Numbered from the stretch's first letter, positions 11,252 through 21,940 are shown. The stretch: DNA of 64,000 nt from a bacterium (GCA_963675755.2 CAXXMD010000002.1:128001-192000), one strand, 5' to 3'. Made by a program: numbers and translations. Notes: generated from the letters alone by a model not told the origin.

Positions 11252-12078
11252 TGTGTAAACATTTTAAAGCTTTTTTTCTGGTTACAATATTTCTGTCAAC
11301 CTTGATATTCGGACAGGTTGCTAATTACTCTCCCCCTGAACTGCAAAAAATTAATATTACCGAACATTCCGGCGAACAAATTCCTCTTGACCTTGAATTT
11401 ACGAATGATCTTGGCGATACGGTAAAATTGGCAAAATATTTCAATCAAGGTAAACCTGTTATTTTAATATTGGCTTATTACAATTGTCCCATGTTATGCA
11501 GTTTGGTTTTAAATGGAACCTCAGAAGTTGCTCAGGTTGTATCACTGAACCCTGGTGAGGATTATACAATCCTTACCATTAGTATTGATCCATCAGAAAC
11601 CTATCAGCTCGCAGCAGCAAAGAAAAAGAATTATGTAGCATCACTGGGAGAAAAAGCCAATGCCGATGGATGGATATTTTTTACCAGCAGAGAAGATCAG
11701 GTAATGCAATTGGCAGACGCTTTGGGTTTTGAATATTATTATGATAAAGAAAAAGAACAAGAACAATATGCACATCCGGCTGTTTTACATGTTTTGACTG
11801 AAAAAGGAATCATTTCAAGGTACCTTTATGGCATACAATTCAAGCCAAATGACTACAAAATAAGTCTTTTAGAGGCATCACAGGGAAAAATTGGAAATTC
11901 TTTGGATAAAATTTTGTTATACTGTTTTCATTATGATCCCGAATCAAAGGGATATGTAGTAATGGCCAGTAATGTGATGCGGCTCGGAGGCGTTGCAACG
12001 GTTATCATATTGGGGCTGTTTTTAGGTCTGCTTTGGACCAACAAACGATTGGGAAAAGAAAAAATATATAGGTGTTGA
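11251..12078 (+). CDS. SCO1/SenC-family copper chaperone
   Basis: YYNCPMLC CxxxC motif, QYAHP, signal peptide and C-terminal TM. Confidence 0.9.
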   Translation: MCKHFKAFFLVTIFLSTLIFGQVANYSPPELQKINITEHSGEQIPLDLEFTNDLGDTVKLAKYFNQGKPVILILAYYNCPMLCSLVLNGTSEVAQVVSLNPGEDYTILTISIDPSETYQLAAAKKKNYVASLGEKANADGWIFFTSREDQVMQLADALGFEYYYDKEKEQEQYAHPAVLHVLTEKGIISRYLYGIQFKPNDYKISLLEASQGKIGNSLDKILLYCFHYDPESKGYVVMASNVMRLGGVATVIILGLFLGLLWTNKRLGKEKIYRC

Positions 12079-12084
12079 TGAAAT

Positions 12085-13041
12085 ATGGAAAATGATACAA
12101 CCGGAACGTTATTTTTACCTCCACAAAGTTCTACGATTTCGGGTGACGTAGATGCTTTGTTCAATTTTGTCTTGTATGCTTCTATTGTGTTTTTTTTACT
12201 TGTTGTTTCATTGTCCTTGTTTTTTGTATTGCGATATCGGCGTCGAGGGCAGTTGAGGCTGTCTACCGGCCCATCTCATAATACAAAACTTGAAGTTATT
12301 TGGACTTTAATACCTCTTGTATTGGTGTTTATTGTCTTTTTCTGGGGATTTAAAACTTTTTTAAAAATGCACATTGTACCTCAAGATGCCATTGATATCA
12401 AAGTTACTGCGCAAAAATGGTTCTGGACTTTTGATTATACCAAAGCCGGTGTAAATAGTTTGAACGAGCTTGTGGTACCCGTCGATAAACCGGTACAGTT
12501 GACCATGTCGTCTACCGATGTGATTCACAGCTTTTATGTGCCCGGTTTCCGTGTTAAAATGGATGTGCTGCCAAACCGATATTCGGTAACCTGGTTTCAG
12601 GCTAATCATACCGGAGAATTTGACTTGTTTTGCGCCGAGTATTGTGGAACATCGCATTCGGATATGATTGGCAAGGTACGTGTTTTAAATGAACGCGAAT
12701 ATAATGAATGGCTTGAACAGCAGTCTATTGGCGGCGATGATATGCCTTTGCCCGAATTGGGAGCAAAACTGTTTTCATCCAAAGCATGTATAACCTGTCA
12801 TACCGTTGATGGATTACCAAAGGTTGGACCGAGTTTTAAAGGGCGCTTTGGCAGTATGCAAACCATGGAAGATGGACAGCAAGTACTGGTTGATGAAAAT
12901 TATATCCGTGAATCGATATTAAAGCCTATGGCGCATGTTGCACAAGGGTTCCAACCTGTTATGCCATCTTATCAGGGATTATTAAAAGAACGCGAAATTG
13001 ACGCGTTAATAGAGTATATGAAATCATTGCAGGAAGAGTAG
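12085..13041 (+). CDS. coxB: Cytochrome c oxidase subunit II with fused cytochrome c (caa3 type)
   Basis: DVIHSF and CAEYCGTSHSDM CuA ligands; C-terminal CITCH heme c motif. Confidence 0.97.
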   Translation: MENDTTGTLFLPPQSSTISGDVDALFNFVLYASIVFFLLVVSLSLFFVLRYRRRGQLRLSTGPSHNTKLEVIWTLIPLVLVFIVFFWGFKTFLKMHIVPQDAIDIKVTAQKWFWTFDYTKAGVNSLNELVVPVDKPVQLTMSSTDVIHSFYVPGFRVKMDVLPNRYSVTWFQANHTGEFDLFCAEYCGTSHSDMIGKVRVLNEREYNEWLEQQSIGGDDMPLPELGAKLFSSKACITCHTVDGLPKVGPSFKGRFGSMQTMEDGQQVLVDENYIRESILKPMAHVAQGFQPVMPSYQGLLKEREIDALIEYMKSLQEE

Positions 13042-13044
13042 AGA

Positions 13045-14646
13045 ATGAGTGAAACGTATGAAAGCTATTTAACCTATCCCAAAGGGATAAAGTCGTGGCT
13101 CTTTACATTGGATCATAAGCGCATCGGATTGATGTATCTGTTTGCTGTCATGTTTTTCTTTTTTATAGGCGGAGTTTTTGCAATTCTCATCCGTCTTGAA
13201 TTGCTGACCCCAGCTGAAACCATTGTAGGTGCAGATACATATAACCAGTTCTTTACCTTGCACGGTGCAATTATGATTTTCCTTTTCATTATACCGGCAA
13301 TTCCCGCGGCACTGGGGAATTTTGTATTGCCCCTAATGCTAGGCGCCAAAGATGTCGCCTTTCCTAAATTGAATCTTGCGTCTTTTTATGTATACGTATT
13401 TGGTTCTCTGTTTGCAATTTATTCCATTATTACCGGCGCGGTTGATACAGGATGGACCTTTTACACGCCCTACTCTACGGAATCCACAACATCCGTGATT
13501 TCGATGACATTGGGTGTATTTATTCTTGGATTTTCTTCAATCTTTACCGGTATTAACTTTATTGTTACCGTTCATAAATTGCGTGCACCGGGTATGACCT
13601 GGTTTAATCAACCCTTGTTTATTTGGGGACTGTATGCAACTGCTATTATTCAGGTTTTGGCCACACCTGTATTGGCTATTACTTTGGTACTGTTGATCCT
13701 TGAACGGACTTTGGGAATTGGTATTTTTGATCCGGCAATGGGTGGTGATCCGGTTTTGTATCAGCATTTTTTCTGGTTCTACTCACATCCGGCAGTATAT
13801 ATTATGATATTGCCCGGTATGGGAATTATCAGTGAGACCATAACCGTCTTTTCCCGCAAAAAGATTTTTGGCTATAAAGCCATTGCTTTTTCCAGTCTGG
13901 CAATTGCGTTTGTCAGTTTCCTGGTATGGGGACACCACATGTTTACCAGTGGTCAGTCAGAGATTGCCGCAATGATCTTTTCTTTTCTTACATTTCTTGT
14001 GGGTATACCGTCTGGCATTAAAACTTTTAACTGGCTGGCAACCATGTATAAGGGACAGATATCTCTTGAAGCTCCCATGATCTATACATTGAGTTTTCTG
14101 TTTCTCTTTACAATTGGTGGTTTGACCGGTATCTTTTTAGGAGCACTTGCTCTTGATGTGCATTTACATGACACCTATTTTGTTGTAGCCCACTTTCACT
14201 ATGTCATGGTAGGGGGTACGGTAATGGCTTTTCTTGCAGGTTTGCATTACTGGTGGCCTAAAATATGGGGAAGAATGTATAATGAACGATTGGCACAAAT
14301 CTCGGCATTTCTGGTTTTTATCGGTTTTAATGTGACTTTTTTTACACAGTTTATTCTGGGTACTCAGGGTATGCCGCGTCGGTATTACAATTACCTCGAT
14401 CAATACCAGCCATTACATGCATTCTCTTCATTTGGTTCGTGGATTATGGCCGCAGGATTTTTGTTGATGGGGTATTACATGATCCATTCATTATTCAAAG
14501 GAAAAAAAGCAGGGAAAAATCCATGGGGTGCTTTGACACTAGAGTGGACAACACCTTCACCACCGCCGCACCACAATTTTGATGAAATTCCCAAGATTGA
14601 ACACGGCCCGTATGATTATGACAAAATTCTTGTAGAAAGGGATTAG
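13045..14646 (+). CDS. coxA: Cytochrome c oxidase subunit I, A2 type
   Basis: [20 protein letters not shown] (the YS motif marks A2 type), WGHH and VVAHFHY. Confidence 0.97.
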   Translation: MSETYESYLTYPKGIKSWLFTLDHKRIGLMYLFAVMFFFFIGGVFAILIRLELLTPAETIVGADTYNQFFTLHGAIMIFLFIIPAIPAALGNFVLPLMLGAKDVAFPKLNLASFYVYVFGSLFAIYSIITGAVDTGWTFYTPYSTESTTSVISMTLGVFILGFSSIFTGINFIVTVHKLRAPGMTWFNQPLFIWGLYATAIIQVLATPVLAITLVLLILERTLGIGIFDPAMGGDPVLYQHFFWFYSHPAVYIMILPGMGIISETITVFSRKKIFGYKAIAFSSLAIAFVSFLVWGHHMFTSGQSEIAAMIFSFLTFLVGIPSGIKTFNWLATMYKGQISLEAPMIYTLSFLFLFTIGGLTGIFLGALALDVHLHDTYFVVAHFHYVMVGGTVMAFLAGLHYWWPKIWGRMYNERLAQISAFLVFIGFNVTFFTQFILGTQGMPRRYYNYLDQYQPLHAFSSFGSWIMAAGFLLMGYYMIHSLFKGKKAGKNPWGALTLEWTTPSPPPHHNFDEIPKIEHGPYDYDKILVERD

Positions 14647-14650
14647 TAAT

Positions 14651-15301
14651 ATGAGTGATCATGCAGCTAACAGACCTGAATTCCTTGCACATCATTTCAG
14701 TACTGTGGAACAGCAAAGAGATTCTGCCAAACTGGGTATGTGGATTTTCCTGCTTACAGAGATTTTGCTGTTTGGCGGTTTGTTTTGTGCCTATTCTGTG
14801 TATAGGGCCTGGCACCCGGATATGTTTTATAATGCGCACAAGTTTTTAAATGTGCAATTGGGAACCTTGAATACGGTTGTACTCATTACCAGTTCATTAA
14901 CCATGGCGTTATCTATCCGTTTTATTCAGGTTAATGATAAAAAGAAAGCAATCCTGTTTTTGGTCTCAACCTTGATTTTTGCAAGTATCTTTTTGATTGT
15001 CAAATATTTCGAGTACAGTCATAAATTTCATTTGGGACAGCTTCCGGGAAAATATTATACCTTTAACGGAGTTGAAGGTAGTAATCCACATATATTTTTT
15101 AGTATTTATTTTGCCATGACCGGTTTGCATGGTATACATATCATAGCGGGTATGATTGTACTGGTTTGGGTATTGGTAAAAATGATCAATAATAACTTTT
15201 CGGCAGAATACTACACACCTGTTGAAATGGCTGGACTTTACTGGCATTTGGTTGATCTGGTCTGGATATATCTGTTTCCTTTATTATATTTGATAGGGTA
15301 A
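14651..15301 (+). CDS. coxC: Cytochrome c oxidase subunit III
   Basis: GMWIFLLTE, MTGLHGIH and LYWHLVDLVW motifs. Confidence 0.96.
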   Translation: MSDHAANRPEFLAHHFSTVEQQRDSAKLGMWIFLLTEILLFGGLFCAYSVYRAWHPDMFYNAHKFLNVQLGTLNTVVLITSSLTMALSIRFIQVNDKKKAILFLVSTLIFASIFLIVKYFEYSHKFHLGQLPGKYYTFNGVEGSNPHIFFSIYFAMTGLHGIHIIAGMIVLVWVLVKMINNNFSAEYYTPVEMAGLYWHLVDLVWIYLFPLLYLIG

Positions 15302-15306
15302 AGCAT

Positions 15307-15687
15307 ATGAGTGAAAAACACAAAGAACATATTCTGCCCCTAAAAGTGTACCTGGGAGTGGCAGCAGCATTGATGTTTCTTACAGCAATAACAGTTGCGG
15401 TTTCATTTGTTGATCTTGGCGGGTGGAACGCGCTTGTGGCTGTGGGAATTGCGACGTTTAAAGCGCTTTTGGTAGCTTTATTCTTTATGCATTTGCTGTA
15501 CGATAAAAAGATCAATTTATTTGTTTTTTCAATATCACTGATTATGGTGGGTGTCTTTATTACGCTAACAATGTTTGATACACTCCGCCGGGCAGATTTG
15601 TATGATATTACCGATGGTCCTATTAACAAGAATGCCAAAATGTATGAAAATATGCCGGTCGATTCAACAGCGGGAGAACACCATTAA
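15307..15687 (+). CDS. coxD: Cytochrome c oxidase subunit IV (caa3 CtaF-type)
   Basis: Three TMs with KALLVALFFMHL.YD. Confidence 0.88.
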   Translation: MSEKHKEHILPLKVYLGVAAALMFLTAITVAVSFVDLGGWNALVAVGIATFKALLVALFFMHLLYDKKINLFVFSISLIMVGVFITLTMFDTLRRADLYDITDGPINKNAKMYENMPVDSTAGEHH

Positions 15688-15713
15688 TAACGCATAAAAT
15701 AGAGGGAGGTCAC

Positions 15714-16652
15714 GTGCGTGCGTTTAAAAAGTTTTCATTATTGTCCATCTTTTTTACCTATCTGGTTATCTTTGTAGGTGGTTTGGTTCGTGTTTCCGGT
15801 GCAGGATTGGGATGCCCTGATTGGCCCAAGTGTTTTGGAAGCTGGATTCCTCCTCTGCATATGAGTCAGGTTCCGCCTGAATTCAACCCTTTAACATTCA
15901 ATATCACATTAGCCTGGATAGAATATATCAATCGATTGGTTGGTATGACTGTTGGTTTGTTGATTGCAATAACCGCCGTCCTGGCAATCATTCATTTTCG
16001 GAAAAATAAAAGCATTCTTATCCCGTCCATAGCTTCTGCTTTATTGGTTGCATATCAGGGATGGCAGGGAAGTCGGGTAGTTGCATCCGAGTTGGCACCC
16101 ATGATTGTAACGGTTCATATGGTTATTGCTTTTATTATAATCAGTCTGTTGATCTATGTTTACATGCAGGCACACTTTATCAGTAATCCGGAAGAGGTAA
16201 AACGGGCAAAATATATCAATGGCATACATTGGGGAGTAGTATTTGTATGGTTGATCTCTATTGTGCAGGTTCTTTTGGGTACTCAGGTACGTGGTGCACT
16301 GGAGCAGGTGCGGGAACATTTCCCGCTTGATAAAGCAACAGAATGGCTGGCCCAGATTGGTGGTGTTGATGATTTGCACATGACCCTGGGAGGTATGGTT
16401 GCTTTTGGTGCATGGGTATTGGGCTTTGCGATATTAAAATTCTCAAAAAATGCCCCTGTTATTGTTATACAAACTGCATGGGCTATGATTGTTATTTTAT
16501 TATTACAAATTGTTTTGGGACTAGCTCTCGTAATGGCGGGGTTGCCTTCTCTATTACAATTGTTCCATTTGTGGTTAGCAAGTTTGTTGATTGGAGCACT
16601 GTTGATTTTATATACGACGATACGAAAAGGGGAGGGCCAGTTGAATGGATAA
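15714..16652 (+). CDS. ctaA: Heme A synthase (COX15/CtaA family)
   Basis: GGLVRVSGAGLGCPDWPKC, EYINR, and further conserved His in TVHM and LFHL. Confidence 0.9.
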   Translation: MRAFKKFSLLSIFFTYLVIFVGGLVRVSGAGLGCPDWPKCFGSWIPPLHMSQVPPEFNPLTFNITLAWIEYINRLVGMTVGLLIAITAVLAIIHFRKNKSILIPSIASALLVAYQGWQGSRVVASELAPMIVTVHMVIAFIIISLLIYVYMQAHFISNPEEVKRAKYINGIHWGVVFVWLISIVQVLLGTQVRGALEQVREHFPLDKATEWLAQIGGVDDLHMTLGGMVAFGAWVLGFAILKFSKNAPVIVIQTAWAMIVILLLQIVLGLALVMAGLPSLLQLFHLWLASLLIGALLILYTTIRKGEGQLNG

Positions 16653-17247
16653 CGACAGCACACCCAAAGTGTTAATTTATGGATTAATTCTTCTCATGTT
16701 ACTCGTCTTTATTGCTGCTTTTGCAATAGATAAAGCAAATAAATCAAGAGAAGAATTACCTGTACTTGGCAAGGTCACGGATTTTGGTTTCAAAACCAGC
16801 ACCGGAGATTCTTTGCATTCTTTACAGATAACAGGACGTTTGTATCTGTTGGATTTTATTTTTACCAATTGCAAAAATGCATGTCCTGTCATGTCTTCCA
16901 AAATGTCCGAGTTGTACAAATATTATGAACACACAGATAAAGTTGGTTTTATCTCTATAACTGTGGATCCTGTGCGCGATACTCCCCAGGTTTTGCAGGA
17001 TTATGCAAAATCACATGGAGTTACTGACAACAGGTGGACCTTTTTACGAGGTCCCATTGATGAGGTTATACGGGTTTCTGAAAAAGTATTCATGCTTCCG
17101 GCAGATAATTTACCCATGGGCCACAGCACAAAATTTGTATTGATTGATGAGAATGGAAATATTCGCGCGTATTATGATGCTATGACGGATGGAATCTTGC
17201 CATTGGTTAAAACCCAGGTGAATGCACTGGGGAGGAAGCTGCCATGA
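16645..17247 (+). CDS. Second SCO-family protein
   Basis: FIFTNCKNACP, SITVDPVRDT and HSTKFVLID motifs. Confidence 0.9.
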   Translation: MDNDSTPKVLIYGLILLMLLVFIAAFAIDKANKSREELPVLGKVTDFGFKTSTGDSLHSLQITGRLYLLDFIFTNCKNACPVMSSKMSELYKYYEHTDKVGFISITVDPVRDTPQVLQDYAKSHGVTDNRWTFLRGPIDEVIRVSEKVFMLPADNLPMGHSTKFVLIDENGNIRAYYDAMTDGILPLVKTQVNALGRKLP

Positions 17248-17657
17248 CAATCAAGGATCTGCCAACTCTTAATGCTCTGTTGAATTCAATCAGTGCAGTT
17301 TTTTTGTTGTTTGGATTTATAAATATTAAAAAAGGTCGTGCCGATGTACATAAAAAGTTTATGATAGCGGCATTGATTACATCAGCACTGTTTTTAACCT
17401 CTTATCTGATTTATCATGCACAGGTTGGTTCCAATCCTTATCCGCATTATGACTGGACCCGAACCCTGTATTTTTTAATTCTGGTACCGCATATTCTTTT
17501 GGCCGCCATTATGACTCCGTTTATCTTATTTCTGGTGTTTTTTGCCCTTCGCCAAAAGTTTGATAAGCATAAAAAACTGGCCAGATGGGTTTGGCCGGTA
17601 TGGATGTATGTATCTGTCAGTGGCGTGATTGTTTATTTGATGTTATACGTGTTCTAA
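17244..17657 (+). CDS. DUF420 family membrane protein (oxidase assembly-associated)
   Basis: LPTLNA.LN, HKKFM, FLTSYLIYH and W.YVSVSG motifs. Confidence 0.92.
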   Translation: MTIKDLPTLNALLNSISAVFLLFGFINIKKGRADVHKKFMIAALITSALFLTSYLIYHAQVGSNPYPHYDWTRTLYFLILVPHILLAAIMTPFILFLVFFALRQKFDKHKKLARWVWPVWMYVSVSGVIVYLMLYVF

Positions 17658-17733
17658 TCTGCTTGATATTGTTTTTGGATTATTAAGGTTTTAAAATTTG
17701 TTGTTGTGTTTAGATAACAGCAAGGTGAATTCC

Positions 17734-18753
17734 ATGAAAATCAACGTAATTCGAAAAAATGATCATGTATGGTTAGATATTGATGACATGTATCCTCAAA
17801 AACCTCATCAACCCAATACTGTTTTTAAATCCTTTGCAATAACTTTGAAAACGCTGGGATCATCACTTGATTACAGTACGCTCATGGCTGTTTCCGGGGC
17901 CGCATTCCGGTTTCAATTACATCCACAATGGTGCCCCAGTTCACCTCATCCCGATTGTGGTTTTAACTGTACTCAAACTGTGTTAAAAGAGTTAGGACTT
18001 GATGAATCCATTCATAATTTTGATTTGGAAAAAACACAGAAAAACGATCTTGAGCAGGTTGTTATCAAAAATATTGATGCGGGTATACCGGTTGTAGCCA
18101 GTAGCTTTGAAACTGGTTTAATTGTGGGATATATACAAAACCAGAATGATACCGCAGTTTTGTTGCGCGAACCTTATAGCAGCAAGGGCGGAGAACCTGA
18201 TATGGTTTCAACTCGCTTGCTCATCAAGATCCCTGGCTTGTTAACTGTTTTTGATAATGTGCCTCATTATAATCAGGATGAATTGTTTCTTCCAACCCTG
18301 AAGCGGGCTGTCGAAATTGCTTATCATGAAAAAATAAACGAGTATTATTGCGGCTTTGAAGCATTTGATCATTGGATATCTGATCTGTTGAATGAGGAAA
18401 AAATTAATGAATTAATTAATGAATATGGTATTGCAGACTTGTGTAATGCGAATGCTCACATTTATCATTCTCTGGTAGATGCACGTAAAAGTGCGGCAGA
18501 ATATTTTAAAGATTTTGTTGATGATACTGGAACAAATCAACAGATACATATAATGAATGCGGTTGCTTTATATGAAGAAATTGTCAAAATTTTGCGGAAT
18601 GCTTTTCCCCATGTATTACTGAAATGGCAAATTAAACAAGGACAGGAATGGCGCCCAGTAATGCGTAAAGAACAGGCGGAAACACTGCAAACTGTTGTAG
18701 AGTTGGAACATAAAGCCTTGTATGAAATTGAACAAATAATAAAGTATGTTTGA
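17734..18753 (+). CDS. Conserved hypothetical protein (possible C39/BtrH-like fold)
   Basis: Long ORF with an RBS-like site; DYSTLMAVSGAAFRF...WCPSS and ID.GIPVV patterns. The fold assignment is tentative. Confidence 0.55.
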   Translation: MKINVIRKNDHVWLDIDDMYPQKPHQPNTVFKSFAITLKTLGSSLDYSTLMAVSGAAFRFQLHPQWCPSSPHPDCGFNCTQTVLKELGLDESIHNFDLEKTQKNDLEQVVIKNIDAGIPVVASSFETGLIVGYIQNQNDTAVLLREPYSSKGGEPDMVSTRLLIKIPGLLTVFDNVPHYNQDELFLPTLKRAVEIAYHEKINEYYCGFEAFDHWISDLLNEEKINELINEYGIADLCNANAHIYHSLVDARKSAAEYFKDFVDDTGTNQQIHIMNAVALYEEIVKILRNAFPHVLLKWQIKQGQEWRPVMRKEQAETLQTVVELEHKALYEIEQIIKYV

Positions 18754-18774
18754 TAAAAAATTGTTAGGTAAAGG

Positions 18775-19176
18775 ATGCAATCACCAGTATTAGAATCCAT
18801 TTTTGAACGGTGTAAATATGAAGCACCTGTTGATCCCGCGAAACGGGATATATGTTTTGACGGCATATTATGTTTGCTGTTGAGCGAGGGACTAACATCT
18901 CTGTTTTCGCAATTGAAAAAGTGGCAGGGCAAAAACAAAGGCTTTATTCAGTCCGGTAGAAGAGAAATTGAAAATGGATTAATGCAATTTGCTTTGCTCA
19001 AGAATCTGGAGCAGGAAAAGTCAAAAAGAATAGCAAATTTGATTTCTCGTTATATTTCCGTAGAAAATTTGGACTCGATAATACAGGAAATTGAACAAAT
19101 GAATCCATTGTCCTGTCAAGAAAAGTCTAATGTAGAACAGGACTGTAATAACGAGCCGGGGGAAAATGTTTATTAA
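18775..19176 (+). CDS. Hypothetical protein
   Basis: 133-aa ORF with an AAGGA RBS-like site; it fills the gap and overlaps the convergent gene by 4 nt. Confidence 0.55.
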   Translation: MQSPVLESIFERCKYEAPVDPAKRDICFDGILCLLLSEGLTSLFSQLKKWQGKNKGFIQSGRREIENGLMQFALLKNLEQEKSKRIANLISRYISVENLDSIIQEIEQMNPLSCQEKSNVEQDCNNEPGENVY

Positions 19177-20327
19177 TTCTTTTTTTTACGTTTGACTTGC
19201 CAAAACAGAAAAGCTACGATCAATCCTATACCTGCTATCCTTTGCAGCCAGGTCAATGTCCAGTTAATTTGAAATGTATTTTTAAAATCAGGGGATGAAT
19301 CATATCTATAAACAGGATTGAGATACATTCGTGTTTTGCCGTTCAATATCTCTGTTCTGATATAGGTGTCGTCTGATTTTAAAAGATAATTTGCCAGCTT
19401 GTTGTTTTCTGTTTCCTGTTTTTCAGCCCCATCTTGACCAATAAAACGAATTACATCTGCAGTATCTGTACAGGCAATAGTTAATGTGTCTCCGTTTATA
19501 GATACAGATGACAAAAAGTTTTTATTCTCTGCATTACGTCCCACAACACCATACATATGCCCGGATTTTAGTGCTGATAATATCTCTTTATTGCTTTTGT
19601 CCGGTGCGTTAATCATAGTCCAAATAACCCCGGTTTGGTTAGGATCACTGATCTTGTGTGAATCATCATCACCAATGAGCCATGCACGTTTTCCGGCAGA
19701 CAAGGCGGCATCCCACACATTACTGGAATTTCGGTAATGGTTCAATACCTCAAGGGCATCGTAATTGGATAATATTCGTGCATTTTCAGGAGTTATACTG
19801 TTTCTTAGACGTGGATGCGCAAGTAATAAAAAAGGTGTTTGCGGACGAAGAGTATTGATCATGTTCTGCATGTTGCTATGGGTTTGCCATAACAGATAAT
19901 CACGCCATTCTACTTTTTCCGCACCAATCATTACATGATGTCTTTTGAATGCATTGTAACCATGTTCATATACAGGGAGTACATTGGTGTCAATACCTTT
20001 AAAACGATTGATTTTTTGATAATCTGAAATGGATATTATATCATAACCTAATTCTTTATATTTGTTATATACTTCTAATGTGCCATCTTTGCCGTCAGTT
20101 GTACCAGCCCAGGCATTAGATTGGACCTGAAAGTTGGCTTTGTACCAGTTTGGTTCCAGAGTTTTATAAGGATTGAACCAGTTGGCACCACTAAAAGGTG
20201 CTGGTTCTTCAAAGTTGTATATGGGGCACCAGAGGTACAAAATTCCATTAAAAATTAAAATTATGAGTAAAATCCAACCAATGGGCAGAAAAATATACTT
20301 TAATAAACGTAATAAAAATTTCATCAT
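19173..20327 (-). CDS. Membrane-anchored PHP-domain (metallohydrolase-like) protein
   Basis: WYKANFQVQS, YDIISISD, LAHP, LEVLN, WD.ALS.G and DDSH match the PHP/CehA-like layout; TMs at both ends. Confidence 0.7.
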   Translation of the reverse strand: MMKFLLRLLKYIFLPIGWILLIILIFNGILYLWCPIYNFEEPAPFSGANWFNPYKTLEPNWYKANFQVQSNAWAGTTDGKDGTLEVYNKYKELGYDIISISDYQKINRFKGIDTNVLPVYEHGYNAFKRHHVMIGAEKVEWRDYLLWQTHSNMQNMINTLRPQTPFLLLAHPRLRNSITPENARILSNYDALEVLNHYRNSSNVWDAALSAGKRAWLIGDDDSHKISDPNQTGVIWTMINAPDKSNKEILSALKSGHMYGVVGRNAENKNFLSSVSINGDTLTIACTDTADVIRFIGQDGAEKQETENNKLANYLLKSDDTYIRTEILNGKTRMYLNPVYRYDSSPDFKNTFQINWTLTWLQRIAGIGLIVAFLFWQVKRKKKN

Positions 20328-20746
20328 GTCCTCAATTGTGATCAAAGAATTTACAAACATTTAACCATTATGGAAAGGATTATATTTCTTAATAAGTATT
20401 ACTATTAAGAATATAAATGATTTTAATGGCTCATAGTAATTGTCATTTCTCTGGTTTATCAGGAACTATAATGAACCTGATAAATAGATTCTAAATATGT
20501 AATAGTTAGGGTTAGATTTGTTTTATATGAAAAAGAATAATTAATGAAATTTTAGTTGTTTTTATTCAGTAATATCGAGTTTACTGTTCAATAAATATTT
20601 GATTTACATTGAAAAAATAGTATTTTAATGTTCAAGTGGTATTATGGGAATGTGAAATTGATTTTAAATTGTTTTCATATTCATTTAATAACATATTTAT
20701 TATCAATTCATAATAATCTGGTAAATTTTATCTAAAAAGAAATAAT

Positions 20747-21856
20747 ATGATTATTGTACAAAGCTGTGGTTCCAGTTCCTGGGGTGGACTTGAAATGCAA
20801 ACTTTAAAAATTGCACGATTAATGCGTGATCGTGGACATCAGTCCATTATCTTTTGCACAGAGGATTCAACGCTGGAAAAAGAGTCTCAAATTGCGGGAA
20901 TAGAGACTGTACTTGTGTTTAAAAATAGCAGGGCTGTGCACCATTTGGCAAGGTTGATCCGTTTTCTCCGTAAAACAAAACCGGATGTAGTACATACTCA
21001 TTTGTCTCATGATTTATGGCTATTGGTTCCGGCATTACATCTATCTGGCAGCAAGGCCAGATTGTTTCTAACCAAACGTATGGCAAGTGGGGTTAAAAAG
21101 ACGGATCCATTGCATCGTTACTTGTATAACCGGATAAGTAAAATCTTTGCTATATCTAATTATATCCGTACCAGTGTGTTGAATACGTGCCCGGTTTCAG
21201 ATGATGATGTTCAATTAATGCACAACGCAATAAATCCGGATCATTATAGTCCTGAAAAATATGAAAAGACAGCTATACGCAAAGAATTAGGCATTGCTCC
21301 CGATGAAATGGTTATTGGGATCATTGGAAGAATGAGTCCGGGAAAAGGACATGAAGAGTTTTTTCATGCAGCAAGTCAGATAAAGCAAATCTATCCATTA
21401 CCATTACGATTTATGATTGTAGGAGAGGCCAGTTTTGGTGAAGATGATTATGGCAATCGAATTAAAAAACTTGCTGAACAATTATTTCAGCAAAACGAAT
21501 TGTTATTTACCGGATTTCGTAAAGACATTCCCAATATGTTATCTGCTATGGATATCCTGGCGTTTCCGTCACATGAAGAATCTTTTGGGAATGTTTTACT
21601 TGAGGCAATGGCTATGAATCTGCCAGTGGTTGCCTGTAATAGTGGAGGTGTTGGGGATATTGTCGTTCCAAATGAAACCGGCTTGCTTGTTCCTCCCCGT
21701 GATGCCAATGCTCTGGCAACTGCGTTGTTGAAACTTGTTCTTAATTCCAAAAAACGATCCATGTTTGGAAAAGCTGGGCGATATCGTGTTGAACAATTTT
21801 TTACAGATGAAAAATTTGCGGATTCTCTTGAAGCTAATTATAGATTGCCAAGATAA
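20747..21856 (+). CDS. Glycosyltransferase family 4 (GT-B)
   Basis: WGGLE, GR.SPGKG and ESFGNVLLEAMA motifs. Confidence 0.93.
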   Translation: MIIVQSCGSSSWGGLEMQTLKIARLMRDRGHQSIIFCTEDSTLEKESQIAGIETVLVFKNSRAVHHLARLIRFLRKTKPDVVHTHLSHDLWLLVPALHLSGSKARLFLTKRMASGVKKTDPLHRYLYNRISKIFAISNYIRTSVLNTCPVSDDDVQLMHNAINPDHYSPEKYEKTAIRKELGIAPDEMVIGIIGRMSPGKGHEEFFHAASQIKQIYPLPLRFMIVGEASFGEDDYGNRIKKLAEQLFQQNELLFTGFRKDIPNMLSAMDILAFPSHEESFGNVLLEAMAMNLPVVACNSGGVGDIVVPNETGLLVPPRDANALATALLKLVLNSKKRSMFGKAGRYRVEQFFTDEKFADSLEANYRLPR

Positions 21857-21940
21857 GATTAAGATTTATTTTTTTGCAATTAAGGATTGATTTTAAAGCA
21901 TAAAGTTTTATATTGACAACAAACATACCTAGAGGAGTTC

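Noticed and set aside
7082-15687. His-rich C-termini on ActB, ActC and subunit IV as a metal-handling system
   Set aside because: The tails have only 2-4 His, and such tails are common on these subunits; not enough evidence.
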